From: an uncultured Rickettsiales bacterium
GTDB lineage: Bacteria > Pseudomonadota > Alphaproteobacteria > Rs-D84
Length of the DNA stretch: 64,000 bases
Direction: 5' to 3'
Assembly (NCBI GenBank): GCA_900550565.1
Contig: URSG01000001.1
Span: 14,456 to 78,455 of the forward strand
Within the stretch, counting starts at the first letter, position 1; the number at the start of each line of letters is the position of its first letter. This document shows positions 1-10,284 of the stretch, piece after piece. The notes under the pieces were generated by a model, which was not told where the DNA came from, made no database searches, and worked only from the letters and a program-made list of their open reading frames with translations. Position numbers and translations under genes: made by a program.

Positions 1-1
1 C

Positions 2-661
2 AAACGGTTGAAAGACGCCAACCAAAAATTGGAATCTTATGATGATTTGACACAACAAATAAACAGCGCGAATCAGGCATTGCCCCAGATTCAACAGAAT
101 TTACAACAGTTACAAAATGCGCTGAACAACCCGAACACATATAACGGTATGCCACCACAGGCGGCAAACGCATTGGCAGTGGACATTCAGCGTCAGATTA
201 CAGATTTACAACAACAAGAACGCGATATTCAACAATCCCTGCCCCAGTTGCAACAACAGCAGCAACAGTTATTAGCCAATCCAGATATTCAAAGCGCATT
301 GGCCAGTCGTCCACAATATCAGGCGGACTTTAATGCCGCACAGACATCGTATAATACCGCACAACAAATGGCGGACCAGTTAGGCGATCCTGTACATAAA
401 TTCAAAAATGCCAAAAATCGCGTTGATGAATTGAATCGCCAGATTGATGCCCGCAATGACGAAATTGATAACTGGGACGATAAACACACGGACAAATTCC
501 AAGAACTGATGGCGTATTGGGATTTCTTGGAAACCGGCCGCAACACCCACACGGGCAACATGTATTCGTGGACCCCGGGCAGTGCAGCCAAAAAACAAAA
601 AAAGTTCAACGGCAGTGCACGGTTCCAGCAATATCTGGCCGCGTATGGACGCGTGGCATAA
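2..661 (+). CDS. C-terminal part of a Gln/Asn/Leu-rich coiled-coil protein, function unknown (5-prime end lies outside the window)
   Basis: The frame is open to the window edge (the track start at 8 is only a TTG). Long QQ/LQ-rich heptad-like sequence; no catalytic motif recognised. Confidence 0.4.
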   Translation, partial: KRLKDANQKLESYDDLTQQINSANQALPQIQQNLQQLQNALNNPNTYNGMPPQAANALAVDIQRQITDLQQQERDIQQSLPQLQQQQQQLLANPDIQSALASRPQYQADFNAAQTSYNTAQQMADQLGDPVHKFKNAKNRVDELNRQIDARNDEIDNWDDKHTDKFQELMAYWDFLETGRNTHTGNMYSWTPGSAAKKQKKFNGSARFQQYLAAYGRVA

Positions 662-817
662 CGTCCCTGCCCTGTTTCAGTGATTTGTGGTATAATACGC
701 CGCGTATCCACACCGCCCAATGGCGGTGTTTTTTATCACTGGCCCCGGCCCCAGTTTAGTGTTGAAAACATAAAAATACTTTGCTATGCTGGCCGGCATA
801 GAAGAAAGAGGAAACAA

Positions 818-2059
818 ATGTACATACTTGCACTGAACTGTGGTTCTTCGTCGTTGAAATACCAGGTTTTTGACGCGAAATCCAAGACGGCCGTCGTTGG
901 CGGTAATGTTGAAAAAATCGGCCTGCCGGATTCTTTTGTCACACAAAAATACCCAGACGGCACAAAACAACGCAAAGACACTGTTATGAAAAACCATGAC
1001 GAGGCGTTAAACGTCGTTCTGTTTATGCTGCGCGAGGCGTCTATTGATCTGAACGAAATCAAGGGCGTTGGTCACCGCGTTGTTATGGGTGGCGATAAAT
1101 TCGCATCGTCTGTGGAAATCAATGACGCAGTTATGAAAACTATTGACGAATTGTCATCTATTGCGCCATTGCATAACCCACCGGCACTGATGGGAATTGT
1201 GACGGCAAAACAGTTGTTGCCAAACGCAAAACAGGTTGCCGTATTTGACACCGCATTTCACCAGACTATGCCAGATTACGCGTATCGCTATGCCGTGCCA
1301 ACCGCGTGGTACAAAGAATTGGGCGTCCGTCGTTATGGATTCCACGGGACATCGCACCTGTATGTATCAAAACGCGCCGCGGCAATGCTGGGCAAACCGG
1401 CGGACCAGTGCAATTTGATTACATTGCATATCGGTTCTGGGGCGTCTGCAACCGCAATCAAAAACGGTATTTCTGTTGACACATCGTTGGGTATGACCCC
1501 GTTGTCGGGCCTGACCATGGGAACGCGTCCTGGCGATTTGGACCCAGGTGTTGTTCTGTATGTGATGAACCGCCTGAAACTGAGTCCGGACCAAATGCAA
1601 AAGCATTTGAACAAAGATTCTGGGCTGATGGGGCTGACCGAATGCTTTGCCGATCGTCGCGACGTTGAACAGAACAAAGATTCTGATGCTAAATGCCGTC
1701 TGGCCATTGATACCGAAGTGCATAATGTGAAAAAATACATCGGTGCATATATGGCTGAATTGGGCCACACAGACGCCCTGGTGTTCACCGCTGGCGTTGG
1801 TGAAAACGACGATTACCTGCGCGAAAAATTCTGCACAGGATTGGAAGAATTGGGCATTAAACTGGATCACGAGAAAAATGCCGCGGCCCTGGCACGCAAA
1901 GGCGTTGACGAAGCGGTCATCAGCACCCCTGACAGTCGCGTCAAGGTGTTGATGGTTGCAACCAACGAAGAATTGGTCATCGTTGAAGATACGCTGGCAA
2001 TTATGAACGGAACATATAACCCAAATCATCTGAAAATGGCTTATTCGTTCACTAGATAA
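818..2059 (+). CDS. ackA: Acetate kinase
   Basis: Track ORF 680-2059. Start moved to ATG 818 (MYILALNCGSSSLKYQVFD, the acetate/propionate kinase N-terminal signature) behind an AGAAAGAGG SD. GFHGTSH motif present; 413 aa. Confidence 0.93.
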   Translation: MYILALNCGSSSLKYQVFDAKSKTAVVGGNVEKIGLPDSFVTQKYPDGTKQRKDTVMKNHDEALNVVLFMLREASIDLNEIKGVGHRVVMGGDKFASSVEINDAVMKTIDELSSIAPLHNPPALMGIVTAKQLLPNAKQVAVFDTAFHQTMPDYAYRYAVPTAWYKELGVRRYGFHGTSHLYVSKRAAAMLGKPADQCNLITLHIGSGASATAIKNGISVDTSLGMTPLSGLTMGTRPGDLDPGVVLYVMNRLKLSPDQMQKHLNKDSGLMGLTECFADRRDVEQNKDSDAKCRLAIDTEVHNVKKYIGAYMAELGHTDALVFTAGVGENDDYLREKFCTGLEELGIKLDHEKNAAALARKGVDEAVISTPDSRVKVLMVATNEELVIVEDTLAIMNGTYNPNHLKMAYSFTR

Positions 2060-2077
2060 TAACAGTCTATATACCGA

Positions 2078-2105
2078 ACGGGGCGCACCAGCCCCGTTTT
2101 TTTTT
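2078..2105 (+). terminator. Intrinsic terminator after ackA
   Basis: CGGGGC-GCACCA-GCCCCG hairpin followed by a T9 run. Confidence 0.8.
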
Positions 2106-2161
2106 ACATTTGATTTTTTATACCTATGTTGTTATGCTAACTGTTTGTTAAAGGAAAGTTT

Positions 2162-3184
2162 ATGTCAGCACAAGCAAAACGCGTTATTAAAAAGATTATC
2201 AGTTATTCAGGAATTTTCTTTTTTGTCCTGGCCGCTGGAATGTTATGGTGGCAACTGCGAAATTACACATTTTACGACATCACACACGCGATTACTGCGA
2301 TTCCGTTGATGAATCTGGTGTGTGCGTGTTGTGCGTGCCTGGCTGGGTATTTTGCCCTGTCGCTGTATGATTATTTGGCGTTGAACTATGTCGGGGAAAG
2401 CAAAAAGGTCACCTGGTGGAAATGGATGCTGGCCGGAATGCTGGGCTTTGCAATCAGTAATAACGCCGGACACGCCGTGGTCAGTGGGGGCGCAATTCGG
2501 TATCGTCTGTACACGCGCTGGCGTATTCGCGGTGGCGACATTGTGAAAATGCTGACGATTTCCGGGTTCACGTATTTCTTGGGCTGTGCAGCGATTGTTT
2601 TGATTGGGTATTTCCTGGTTCCGCGCGATGTTCTGTCGTCGGGGGCAACAATCGGCATAAATGCGCTGTTTATATTCTGTGCGGCGTCATTGTTGGCATA
2701 CTTTGCAATGACCCTGTTGTTCCGTGGGAAAAGCATTAAAATCGGCCAAATAAAGTTCCAAATCCCGTCAATCAAGATGGCGTGGATGCAGATGTTGCTG
2801 GGCGTAACAGACAGTATTCTGGCCGGATTGGTGCTGTATTTCTGTTTGATTCCGTTCGTTGACATACCGTTCGGGACATATATCGGCCTGTTCGTTATTG
2901 CCCAGACCACCGGCGTATTCAGCCAGGTTCCCGGCGGCATCGGCGTGTTTGAGAGTGTATTTATGTTGGCATTGCCCGATACCGTGGACAAGGCCAGTAT
3001 TTTCGGCGCACTGTTGGCATACCGCATTATTTACTATGTATTGCCACTGATTGGGGTTGGCGGCCTGTTCTTTATCTATGAACGTTGGCTGCGCGCGCGT
3101 ATGAAACGCTGGGCGGACGAAGCGCGCGAAAAAATTTCCCAGATTCCTGCGAAAATCAAGCATATCAAAACACGCAAAAAATAA
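2162..3184 (+). CDS. Polytopic inner-membrane protein, flippase-like TM domain family (MprF/YbhN, UPF0104-like)
   Basis: About 8 hydrophobic helices. The N-terminal pattern resembles the lysyl-phosphatidylglycerol synthase TM region. Basic C-terminal tail. Confidence 0.5.
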   Translation: MSAQAKRVIKKIISYSGIFFFVLAAGMLWWQLRNYTFYDITHAITAIPLMNLVCACCACLAGYFALSLYDYLALNYVGESKKVTWWKWMLAGMLGFAISNNAGHAVVSGGAIRYRLYTRWRIRGGDIVKMLTISGFTYFLGCAAIVLIGYFLVPRDVLSSGATIGINALFIFCAASLLAYFAMTLLFRGKSIKIGQIKFQIPSIKMAWMQMLLGVTDSILAGLVLYFCLIPFVDIPFGTYIGLFVIAQTTGVFSQVPGGIGVFESVFMLALPDTVDKASIFGALLAYRIIYYVLPLIGVGGLFFIYERWLRARMKRWADEAREKISQIPAKIKHIKTRKK

Positions 3185-3390
3185 ATACCTTGCCATAACG
3201 GGGTTGGGCATGCTAGACTGGAACTTGTCGTATGACAATGGGGTATAGCAAGTGTTTGTATTATCACTAATTTATACATTTTGGATTTTGCCACTGGTTT
3301 GCGTGGCTGTTTCCCTTGGCATGGGCTGGACCGCCCCACGGGGACGAAATGTATCCGTTGCATACGAACCCGCAACAAAAGGATTACTAA

Positions 3391-5184
3391 ATGTCAAAGA
3401 AAATCTATGTGGACGCTGTCCACCCGGAAGAAACACGTGTGGTGGTGGTGGACACTGCGACCAATCGCGTTTCTGATTTTGATGTTGAAACAACAACAAA
3501 ACCCCAGATAAAGGGGAACATCTATCTGGCCAAGGTTATTCGCGTTGAACCGTCATTACAGGCGGCATTTGTGGATTATGGCACGGGTAAAAATGGTTTC
3601 TTGCCGTTTTCAGAAATTCATCCGGACTATTACCAGGTGTCACCCGAACAGAAAAAGAAACTGTTGGAATTGGCGCACGCAAATATCATTGATGACGACG
3701 ATGACCCAGATGATGAAAACGACGAAATCGCAGAATATGATGACCACAGTGCCGGCGAAGACAACAAGGAATTTGCCAAACGCGCACGTGAATTCAAAAT
3801 CCAGGACGTTATAAAGCCAAAACAAATTTTGCTGATTCAGGGCGTCAAAGAAGAACGTGGCCAAAAGGGCGCGTCAATGACGACATATCTGTCGCTGGCT
3901 GGACGTTTTGCTGTTCTGATGCCGAATTCACGCAAACGCAACAGTTATGGCATTTCAAAAAAGATTTCTGATAAATCTGAACGCGCCCGTCTGCGTGACA
4001 TCTTGCATGGGTTAAAGATTCCCAAGGGAATGACGGTCGTTCTGCGCACGGCGGCGATGGGGGCGGATGCCACATCAATCGCGGCTGATTACGATTATCT
4101 GGTGAATCTGTGGAACGAAATCCGCAAAACAACACTGGAATCGGTTGCGCCGGTCACAATCCACACCGAAGATTCATTATTGCGTCGCGTTGTTCGCGAT
4201 TTCTTGGCGGACAAGGACGACGTCCTGGTCGTCCAGGGCGAAGAAGCATACGATGCTGCAAAAATGTATTTCCAGCAAATGTATGGTCGCGCGCCACGCA
4301 AACAGTTGGTCCAATACAAGGACGTTGCCGTTCCATTGATGGTCAAGGCCGGCGTTGAAAAACAACTGGAAGGATTGCATGGCCCATACGTCCAACTGCC
4401 GTCTGGGGGGTCGCTGGTTATAAACCAGACCGAAGCAATGGTCACGATTGACGTCAATTCGTCCCGTGCGATAAAGGAAAAAGATATTGAACAAACCGCC
4501 TTGAATACTAATTTAGAGGCCGCCGAAGAAATCGCCCTGCAACTGCGCCTGCGCGATTTGGCCGGTATTGTCGCGATTGACTTTATTGATATGGAAGAAG
4601 AACGCAACAACCGCAAACTGGAAATGAAAATGCGCGAGGTTATGAAACGTGACCGCGCACGCACCCAGGTTGCAAAAATCAACGCATTTGGCGTATTGAT
4701 GTTGTCGCGTCAACGCCTGCGCAGCAGTTTTATTGAAACATCGTATGTCCAGTGTCCGCACTGTTTGGGTGCCGGCGTTGTGCCATCTATCCAGACGGCG
4801 GCGTTGATTATGTTCCGCCATCTGCAAGAAAAACTGTTGGCAAAAAGCGCACAGAAAATCATTATGACGGTTCCGACCGATGTGGCGATTTATCTGTTGA
4901 ATAACAAACGCGCTGAATTGGCTGCGATGGAATCAGAATTTGAAACTGAAATCGTTATCATCGGCGACGACAGTATGATGAGCATTGAACAATACTCTAT
5001 TCAACGTGTCGCACCCGAGGCTGTCAAGACCGAAGACCTGTTGGACGCGTACGCGCCGTCAACAGACGCGAAAAAGAAAAACGCCCAGCACACCGAGGCA
5101 CGAAAAACAACAATGAATGCCCCACGTCGCAAGCGTAAAAAACAATCCACAAAACAATCTTTTTGGGAAAAATTGATTGGATAA
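3391..5184 (+). CDS. rne: Ribonuclease E/G family endoribonuclease
   Basis: S1 domain (GNIYLAKVIRVEPSLQAAFVDYG), catalytic core and a CPHCxGxG Zn-link. Acidic D/E insert inside the N-terminal domain, as in alphaproteobacterial RNase E. At 597 aa, E versus G is not fully resolved. Confidence 0.85.
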   Translation: MSKKIYVDAVHPEETRVVVVDTATNRVSDFDVETTTKPQIKGNIYLAKVIRVEPSLQAAFVDYGTGKNGFLPFSEIHPDYYQVSPEQKKKLLELAHANIIDDDDDPDDENDEIAEYDDHSAGEDNKEFAKRAREFKIQDVIKPKQILLIQGVKEERGQKGASMTTYLSLAGRFAVLMPNSRKRNSYGISKKISDKSERARLRDILHGLKIPKGMTVVLRTAAMGADATSIAADYDYLVNLWNEIRKTTLESVAPVTIHTEDSLLRRVVRDFLADKDDVLVVQGEEAYDAAKMYFQQMYGRAPRKQLVQYKDVAVPLMVKAGVEKQLEGLHGPYVQLPSGGSLVINQTEAMVTIDVNSSRAIKEKDIEQTALNTNLEAAEEIALQLRLRDLAGIVAIDFIDMEEERNNRKLEMKMREVMKRDRARTQVAKINAFGVLMLSRQRLRSSFIETSYVQCPHCLGAGVVPSIQTAALIMFRHLQEKLLAKSAQKIIMTVPTDVAIYLLNNKRAELAAMESEFETEIVIIGDDSMMSIEQYSIQRVAPEAVKTEDLLDAYAPSTDAKKKNAQHTEARKTTMNAPRRKRKKQSTKQSFWEKLIG

Positions 5185-5212
5185 AAATCGCCCCACTTGG
5201 GGCGATTTTCTG
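5185..5212 (+). terminator. Intrinsic terminator after rne
   Basis: AATCGCCCC-ACTT-GGGGCGATT hairpin followed by TTTTC. Confidence 0.75.
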
Positions 5213-5258
5213 TAATTTGTAATTGCCAAATGGGGCAAATTCGGCTACCGTTTAATAT

Positions 5259-7310
5259 ATGAATGCAACACTGTTGGATTTTTTGAAAACCGACCTGCAA
5301 TTCGTCAAAGGCGTGGGACCCGTTCTGGCCGCGCGATTTGATGATGTGCTGGGCGGACGGCGGATATTAGATTTTATGTTGCATATCCCGGCCTATGTCC
5401 GCGCGCGTGGGGTCACAGAATGTGTCGCAGACGCCACACCTGGCGAAACATTGACGATACCATTACAAATAAAATCTCATCGGCGTGGGCGCACATTTCA
5501 CGGCCGCCGAATTCCAACCCAGGTTATTTGCAATGACCGCACGGGTGGCACGGTCACATTGCAATTTTTTAACACGCACTTCTTGGATTACTGGCTGGAA
5601 AAATTACCCATTGGCGCGTGGCGTATGGTCAGTGGAAAACTGGAAAAATCCGCGCGCGCAATAATCAATCACCCTGATTTCATAGAACCTATGGAAAACG
5701 CCGCACGGATTCCATCGGTCCAGGCGATATACCCATCAGGCGAAGGATTGACACAAAAAACATTTGCCGCCGTCCGCGACCAAATTTTTGCCGCCCTGCC
5801 CGACAAAATCACGGACGAACCCGATGAAAACGTTCGCGAATTCTTTGACGCGGTTGCGCACGTTCATTATCCTGAATCTGATGACGATTTAATGCCAAAC
5901 GCAAAATATATTGTAAAGTTGGCATATTGGGAATTACTGGCGCACCAGACCGCCATCGCAATCAGTCGTCGCAATCGTCGTGACCCACGAAATCGTCGCG
6001 TGGTGCGCGCAAAAAAATACGATTTAATGGACAAATTCCGTGCGATATTACCGTTTGAATTGACCGGCGCCCAGCAACGCACGATTGATGAAATCTGTGC
6101 CGATATGACCGGCCCAGTGCCAATGATGCGCCTGGTCCAGGGTGACGTGGGCAGTGGGAAAACCATCGTCGCAATGGCGGCGGCGGTGCAAATGGCGGAA
6201 ATGGGTGGCCAGACGGCAATGCTGGCCCCAACAGACGCATTGGCATTACAGCATTATAATAAATTAAAGCCTATGTGTGACAAACTGGGCATCGTGTGCG
6301 ACATATTGACCGGCCGGGACAAGGGGGTGGTGCGTCGTGAAAAACTGATATCCCTGCGTTCTGGGCGCACGCGGCTGGTTATTGGGACGCACGCGCTGTT
6401 TTCAGACGATGTAGAATACCGCGATTTGGGTTTGGTAATCGTTGACGAACAACACCGCTTTGGCGTCACCCAGCGCGAGGCCTTGCGTGCCAAGGGCGCG
6501 AATCCAGATTTGCTGGCGTTGTCGGCGACACCGATTCCACGAACGCTGTCTATGACAATATACGGCGATATGGACGTATCAATTATAAATGAAAAGCCGG
6601 CTGGTCGTCTGGCAATAAAAACAACAAAACTGCCGATTGCGCGCATTGGCGAATTGGTTGCGCGTATATCTAAACAAATTGCCAACGGGGCCAAGGTGTT
6701 TTGGGTATGTCCCCTGGTAGAAGACAGCGCGGACGCCCCGGCTGCGGCGGCAACCGCCCGATACGATGACCTGAAAAAATATTTTCCAACCGCCGGCCTG
6801 GTCCACGGCCAGATGGACAAAAAACAGCGTGATGCCGTAATGGAAAAATTTGCCGACGATAATTCTGATATGTCATTGCTGGTCGCCACCACTGTCATAG
6901 AGGTCGGCATTGACGTTCCACGCGCAACAATTATGGTAATTGAAAACGCAGAACGGTTTGGATTGGCCGCCCTGCACCAGTTGCGCGGACGCGTCGGACG
7001 CGGCAATGCCCAATCGTATTGCGTGCTGTTGTTCGGGAAAACAACGGAACACGGAATGCAACGCCTGGACGTATTGTGTGCGACCGACGACGGGTTCGCA
7101 ATCGCAGAACAAGATTTAATGATGCGTGGCACCGGCGAATTGGTTGGCACACGTCAAAGTGGCTGGATAAATTATCACTTTGCCGATTGGCGCGAACATC
7201 GTGATTTGTTCCGTATGGCGGCAAATGCGGCGCGTGACCAGACCACCATTGGCACCTGGGCGCGTGATTTGATGTTTATATTTGACCGGGGGGCGCAAAT
7301 CAGTGCGTAG
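5259..7310 (+). CDS. recG: ATP-dependent DNA helicase RecG
   Basis: Wedge/OB N-terminal domain, Walker A GDVGSGKT, DEQHRFG box, and the C-terminal TRG-like region typical of RecG. Confidence 0.93.
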   Translation: MNATLLDFLKTDLQFVKGVGPVLAARFDDVLGGRRILDFMLHIPAYVRARGVTECVADATPGETLTIPLQIKSHRRGRTFHGRRIPTQVICNDRTGGTVTLQFFNTHFLDYWLEKLPIGAWRMVSGKLEKSARAIINHPDFIEPMENAARIPSVQAIYPSGEGLTQKTFAAVRDQIFAALPDKITDEPDENVREFFDAVAHVHYPESDDDLMPNAKYIVKLAYWELLAHQTAIAISRRNRRDPRNRRVVRAKKYDLMDKFRAILPFELTGAQQRTIDEICADMTGPVPMMRLVQGDVGSGKTIVAMAAAVQMAEMGGQTAMLAPTDALALQHYNKLKPMCDKLGIVCDILTGRDKGVVRREKLISLRSGRTRLVIGTHALFSDDVEYRDLGLVIVDEQHRFGVTQREALRAKGANPDLLALSATPIPRTLSMTIYGDMDVSIINEKPAGRLAIKTTKLPIARIGELVARISKQIANGAKVFWVCPLVEDSADAPAAAATARYDDLKKYFPTAGLVHGQMDKKQRDAVMEKFADDNSDMSLLVATTVIEVGIDVPRATIMVIENAERFGLAALHQLRGRVGRGNAQSYCVLLFGKTTEHGMQRLDVLCATDDGFAIAEQDLMMRGTGELVGTRQSGWINYHFADWREHRDLFRMAANAARDQTTIGTWARDLMFIFDRGAQISA

Positions 7311-8604
7311 GCTGTTTGTATTTTTATTATGCGTATTATTGGCAACGCCTGGGCGCGCTGCGTCACTGATAAACGACACAGAAATTGAACGCTATTTGAT
7401 TGAATTGGTGACCCCGATTGCCACGGCGGCTGATATTCCGGCAAAGCGTCTGCGCGTGCATATCGTGCGTGACGATGATTTTAACGCGTTTGTAATGGGC
7501 GGTGACGACGTGTATATTTACACAGGTCTGTTGATGCAAATAAAGAATCCTGACGCATTACAGGCGGTTGTGGCGCACGAATTGGGGCATACGATTGGTG
7601 GCCACATGGCGCAAATGTCATCACGTATGACCGCCGAAATGCATCGTGCGATGTTGATTCAGGCACTTGGCATAGGGCTGATGGTGGCCGGTGGCAATCC
7701 CAGCCTGGGCGCAGGTGTTGTGGCCGGGTCCAGTGGCATCGCCAGCCAGTCTATGATGGCGTTTTCCCGTGACGAAGAACGCATTGCCGATAACCTGGGG
7801 CTGGATTTGATGGTGCGCGCCGGGCAAAACCCAAACGGATTTATCACTGTGTTTGAACAAATGCAGGAACAGACCGGCGTAATGGAATCACGTATAAACC
7901 CAACGCGCGTCAATCACCCCCTGACAACAGAACGGTTAAAAAACGTTCGTGACCGCATTGCAAAAATGAACTATACCGCCCCACCCAAGAACGCCACGCG
8001 CGACGCAAAATTTGAACTGGTGCGTGCGAAACTGATTGGATACCTGGACACGCCGACGCGCGTAAATGAACTGTATCCCACGCGCGACAAACGCGACGCG
8101 GCGGTTTATGCGCGCGCAATCGCCGCGATGCAGACAGGCGACCTGGCGGCGGCAAAAAGCGAAACACAACGATTGATTTCGCGCGACGGTTCAAATCCGT
8201 ATTTCTATGAATTATTGGGCGATATTCAATATCAATTTGGCCACTATGACGACAGTGTTATCGCGTATGAAAAATCATTAAAATTGGCTGGCAACGCGCC
8301 CCAGATTCAAACTGCATTGGCACTGGTGCTGACCGAACGGAACAAGCTGGGCGACCGCACGCGCGCCATTGAATTGTGCAAACGTGCGATATTGACCGAA
8401 TCCGCGCCACTGACGTATTGGGTGTTGGCGCGCGCCTATGGCGACGATGATTCTGGGCGTGCGGCGTGGGCAACCGCCGAATATTACAATATGATTGGCG
8501 ACAAAAAGAACGCACGTAAATACGCAAAAATCGCGCAAAAGAAATTAAAATCAGATGACGCCGAATACATAAAATCCGGTGACATTTTAAGCAGCACAAA
8601 ATAA
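7303..8604 (+). CDS. Periplasmic M48 zinc metalloprotease with TPR C-terminal domain (BepA-like)
   Basis: HELGH zinc motif (VAHELGHTIGGH) and a TPR-like C-terminus. The track start is TTG 7282; GTG 7303 is preferred (MRRLFVFLLCVLLATPGRA signal peptide, GGGGGG SD 9 nt upstream, overlaps the recG stop). Confidence 0.8.
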   Translation: MRRLFVFLLCVLLATPGRAASLINDTEIERYLIELVTPIATAADIPAKRLRVHIVRDDDFNAFVMGGDDVYIYTGLLMQIKNPDALQAVVAHELGHTIGGHMAQMSSRMTAEMHRAMLIQALGIGLMVAGGNPSLGAGVVAGSSGIASQSMMAFSRDEERIADNLGLDLMVRAGQNPNGFITVFEQMQEQTGVMESRINPTRVNHPLTTERLKNVRDRIAKMNYTAPPKNATRDAKFELVRAKLIGYLDTPTRVNELYPTRDKRDAAVYARAIAAMQTGDLAAAKSETQRLISRDGSNPYFYELLGDIQYQFGHYDDSVIAYEKSLKLAGNAPQIQTALALVLTERNKLGDRTRAIELCKRAILTESAPLTYWVLARAYGDDDSGRAAWATAEYYNMIGDKKNARKYAKIAQKKLKSDDAEYIKSGDILSSTK

Positions 8605-8634
8605 AAATACCGACCTTTCGGTCGGTATTTTTAT
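8605..8634. terminator. Bidirectional intrinsic terminator between the M48 gene and the tRNA pair
   Basis: ATACCGACC-TTTC-GGTCGGTAT hairpin flanked by an A-run and a T-run. Confidence 0.75.
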
Positions 8635-8636
8635 AA

Positions 8637-8714
8637 TGGGGCGGATAACCGGATTCGAACCGGCGACACCTGGTACCACAAACCAGTGCTCTAACCAACT
8701 GAGCTACATCCGCC
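8637..8714 (-). tRNA. tRNA-His (GUG)
   Basis: Manual cloverleaf: anticodon stem-loop CTGGT-TTGTGGT-ACCAG. Encoded G-1 opposite C73; encoded CCA. Confidence 0.9.
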
Positions 8715-8718
8715 ATAC

Positions 8719-8794
8719 TGGTGGAGCTGATCGGACTCGAACCGACGACCCCTTGCATGCCATGCAAGTGCTCTACCAACTGAGCTACAACCCC
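8719..8794 (-). tRNA. tRNA-Ala (GGC)
   Basis: Manual cloverleaf: anticodon loop ATGGCAT, G3-U70 identity pair, encoded CCA. Confidence 0.9.
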
Positions 8795-8875
8795 ATGCGA
8801 AAGCTTATTTTATATTTCTTCTTGCCAAATGTCAAATCAATTTGCTAACCTTTTTACACAAGAAGGAGATTTAAT

Positions 8876-9436
8876 ATGGATTACCAAGCGTTAAAAGCAG
8901 AAGTTGAACAAAAAACCCAGCAAACACTGGACGTTTTGGCCGGTGAATACGCAGGTTTGCGCACTGGGCGCGCATCTGTACACTTGTTGGACGGCGTGCG
9001 TGTGCCAGTCTATGGTTCTGATATGCCATTGAACCAGGTCGCAACCGTCGCAACCCCAGACAATCAGACACTGAGTGTCACCGTATGGGACATCAATAAT
9101 GCAGGCGCAGTTGAAAAAGCGATACGCGATTCGGGATTGGGACTGAATCCAAACACAGCCGGCGGTGTTATTCGTCTGAACCTGCCACCACTTACCGAAG
9201 AACGCCGTCGCGAACTGACCAAGGTTGCCGGCAAATACGCCGAAGAAGCCAAGATTTCTATGCGTAATATTCGCCAAGACGCGATGGGCAAAATCAAACG
9301 CGCCGTCACCGACAAAGAAATTTCCGAAGATGACCAACATAAATTTGAAGACGATTTACAAAAGGTCTTTGATATGCGCGCCGGCCAGGTTGACGCGTTG
9401 GCTAAACAAAAAGAAACGGATATTATGTCGGTCTGA
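8876..9436 (+). CDS. frr: Ribosome recycling factor
   Basis: Full-length 186-aa RRF pattern (LxxxRTGRA, LNLPPLTEERR). AAGGAG SD. Confidence 0.95.
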   Translation: MDYQALKAEVEQKTQQTLDVLAGEYAGLRTGRASVHLLDGVRVPVYGSDMPLNQVATVATPDNQTLSVTVWDINNAGAVEKAIRDSGLGLNPNTAGGVIRLNLPPLTEERRRELTKVAGKYAEEAKISMRNIRQDAMGKIKRAVTDKEISEDDQHKFEDDLQKVFDMRAGQVDALAKQKETDIMSV

Positions 9437-9513
9437 TAACGATTGGTGGGGACGCATCACAAAGAAATAAAAAGCAAAAATTATTAAAACAACAAAAAAA
9501 TATCGGATAAAAA

Positions 9514-10269
9514 ATGTTTAAATTCCTGAAAAAGAAAACCGCACCAGTCACAGAAACCGCAAAAATCCCCCAGCATATCGCATTTATTTGCGACGGCAAT
9601 CGTCGTTGGGCCGAGGCACGCGGCCTGCCCCCGTTGATGGGACACAAGGCTGGGATTTCAAATTTTGAAAACCTGGTTGATTGGTATATTGCGCGTGGCG
9701 TATCAACAATTACGTTCTTTTTGTTTTCAACCGAAAACTGGAACAGAACCCAGGAAGAAGTGGATTTCTTGATGGATTTGTTCTATACAGAACTGCACAA
9801 CAATATGAAACACGCCCTGGAAAAGAATTTGCGCTATCGCGTAATTGGGTCGCGTGAACGCCTGCCGAAACGTTTGGCAAATATGTGCGACAAACTGGAA
9901 CAATCATCTGCGGAAAACACTGGTGGCACGGTTGTGTTTGCATTGAACTATGGCGGCCAAGATGAAATTGTCACGGCGGTCAATGCGGCGATTGAAAATG
10001 GCGCGCCGGTCACACGTGAAACATTTGAAACATTTCTGGACACAGGCGAATTATTGCCTATTGACCTGATGGTTCGCACCAGCAATGAATTCAGAATTTC
10101 TAATTTCTTGCTGTGGAAATTGGCGTATGCAGAATTGATGTTTGTGCCTGAACACTGGCCCGATTTGGTCAAGAGTGAAAAAATGTGGCAACAGACGTTG
10201 GACGAATACGCACGCCGCAATCGTAGATTTGGTGGCGGTAAAAAGGCAAACTATTCTGGCAAAAAATAA
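9514..10269 (+). CDS. uppS: Undecaprenyl-diphosphate synthase
   Basis: HIAFICDGNRRWA and FSTENWNR motifs of cis-prenyltransferases. Confidence 0.93.
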   Translation: MFKFLKKKTAPVTETAKIPQHIAFICDGNRRWAEARGLPPLMGHKAGISNFENLVDWYIARGVSTITFFLFSTENWNRTQEEVDFLMDLFYTELHNNMKHALEKNLRYRVIGSRERLPKRLANMCDKLEQSSAENTGGTVVFALNYGGQDEIVTAVNAAIENGAPVTRETFETFLDTGELLPIDLMVRTSNEFRISNFLLWKLAYAELMFVPEHWPDLVKSEKMWQQTLDEYARRNRRFGGGKKANYSGKK

Positions 10270-10284
10270 ACAGGGACGATAATT

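Noticed and set aside
8637-8714. tRNA-His lacking G-1, as in some alphaproteobacteria.
   Set aside because: The gene encodes an extra 5-prime G opposite C73, so it is the standard bacterial form.
8258-8779. 173-aa minus-strand ORF.
   Set aside because: It overlaps the 3-prime end of the M48 gene, the terminator and both tRNA genes, so it is spurious.
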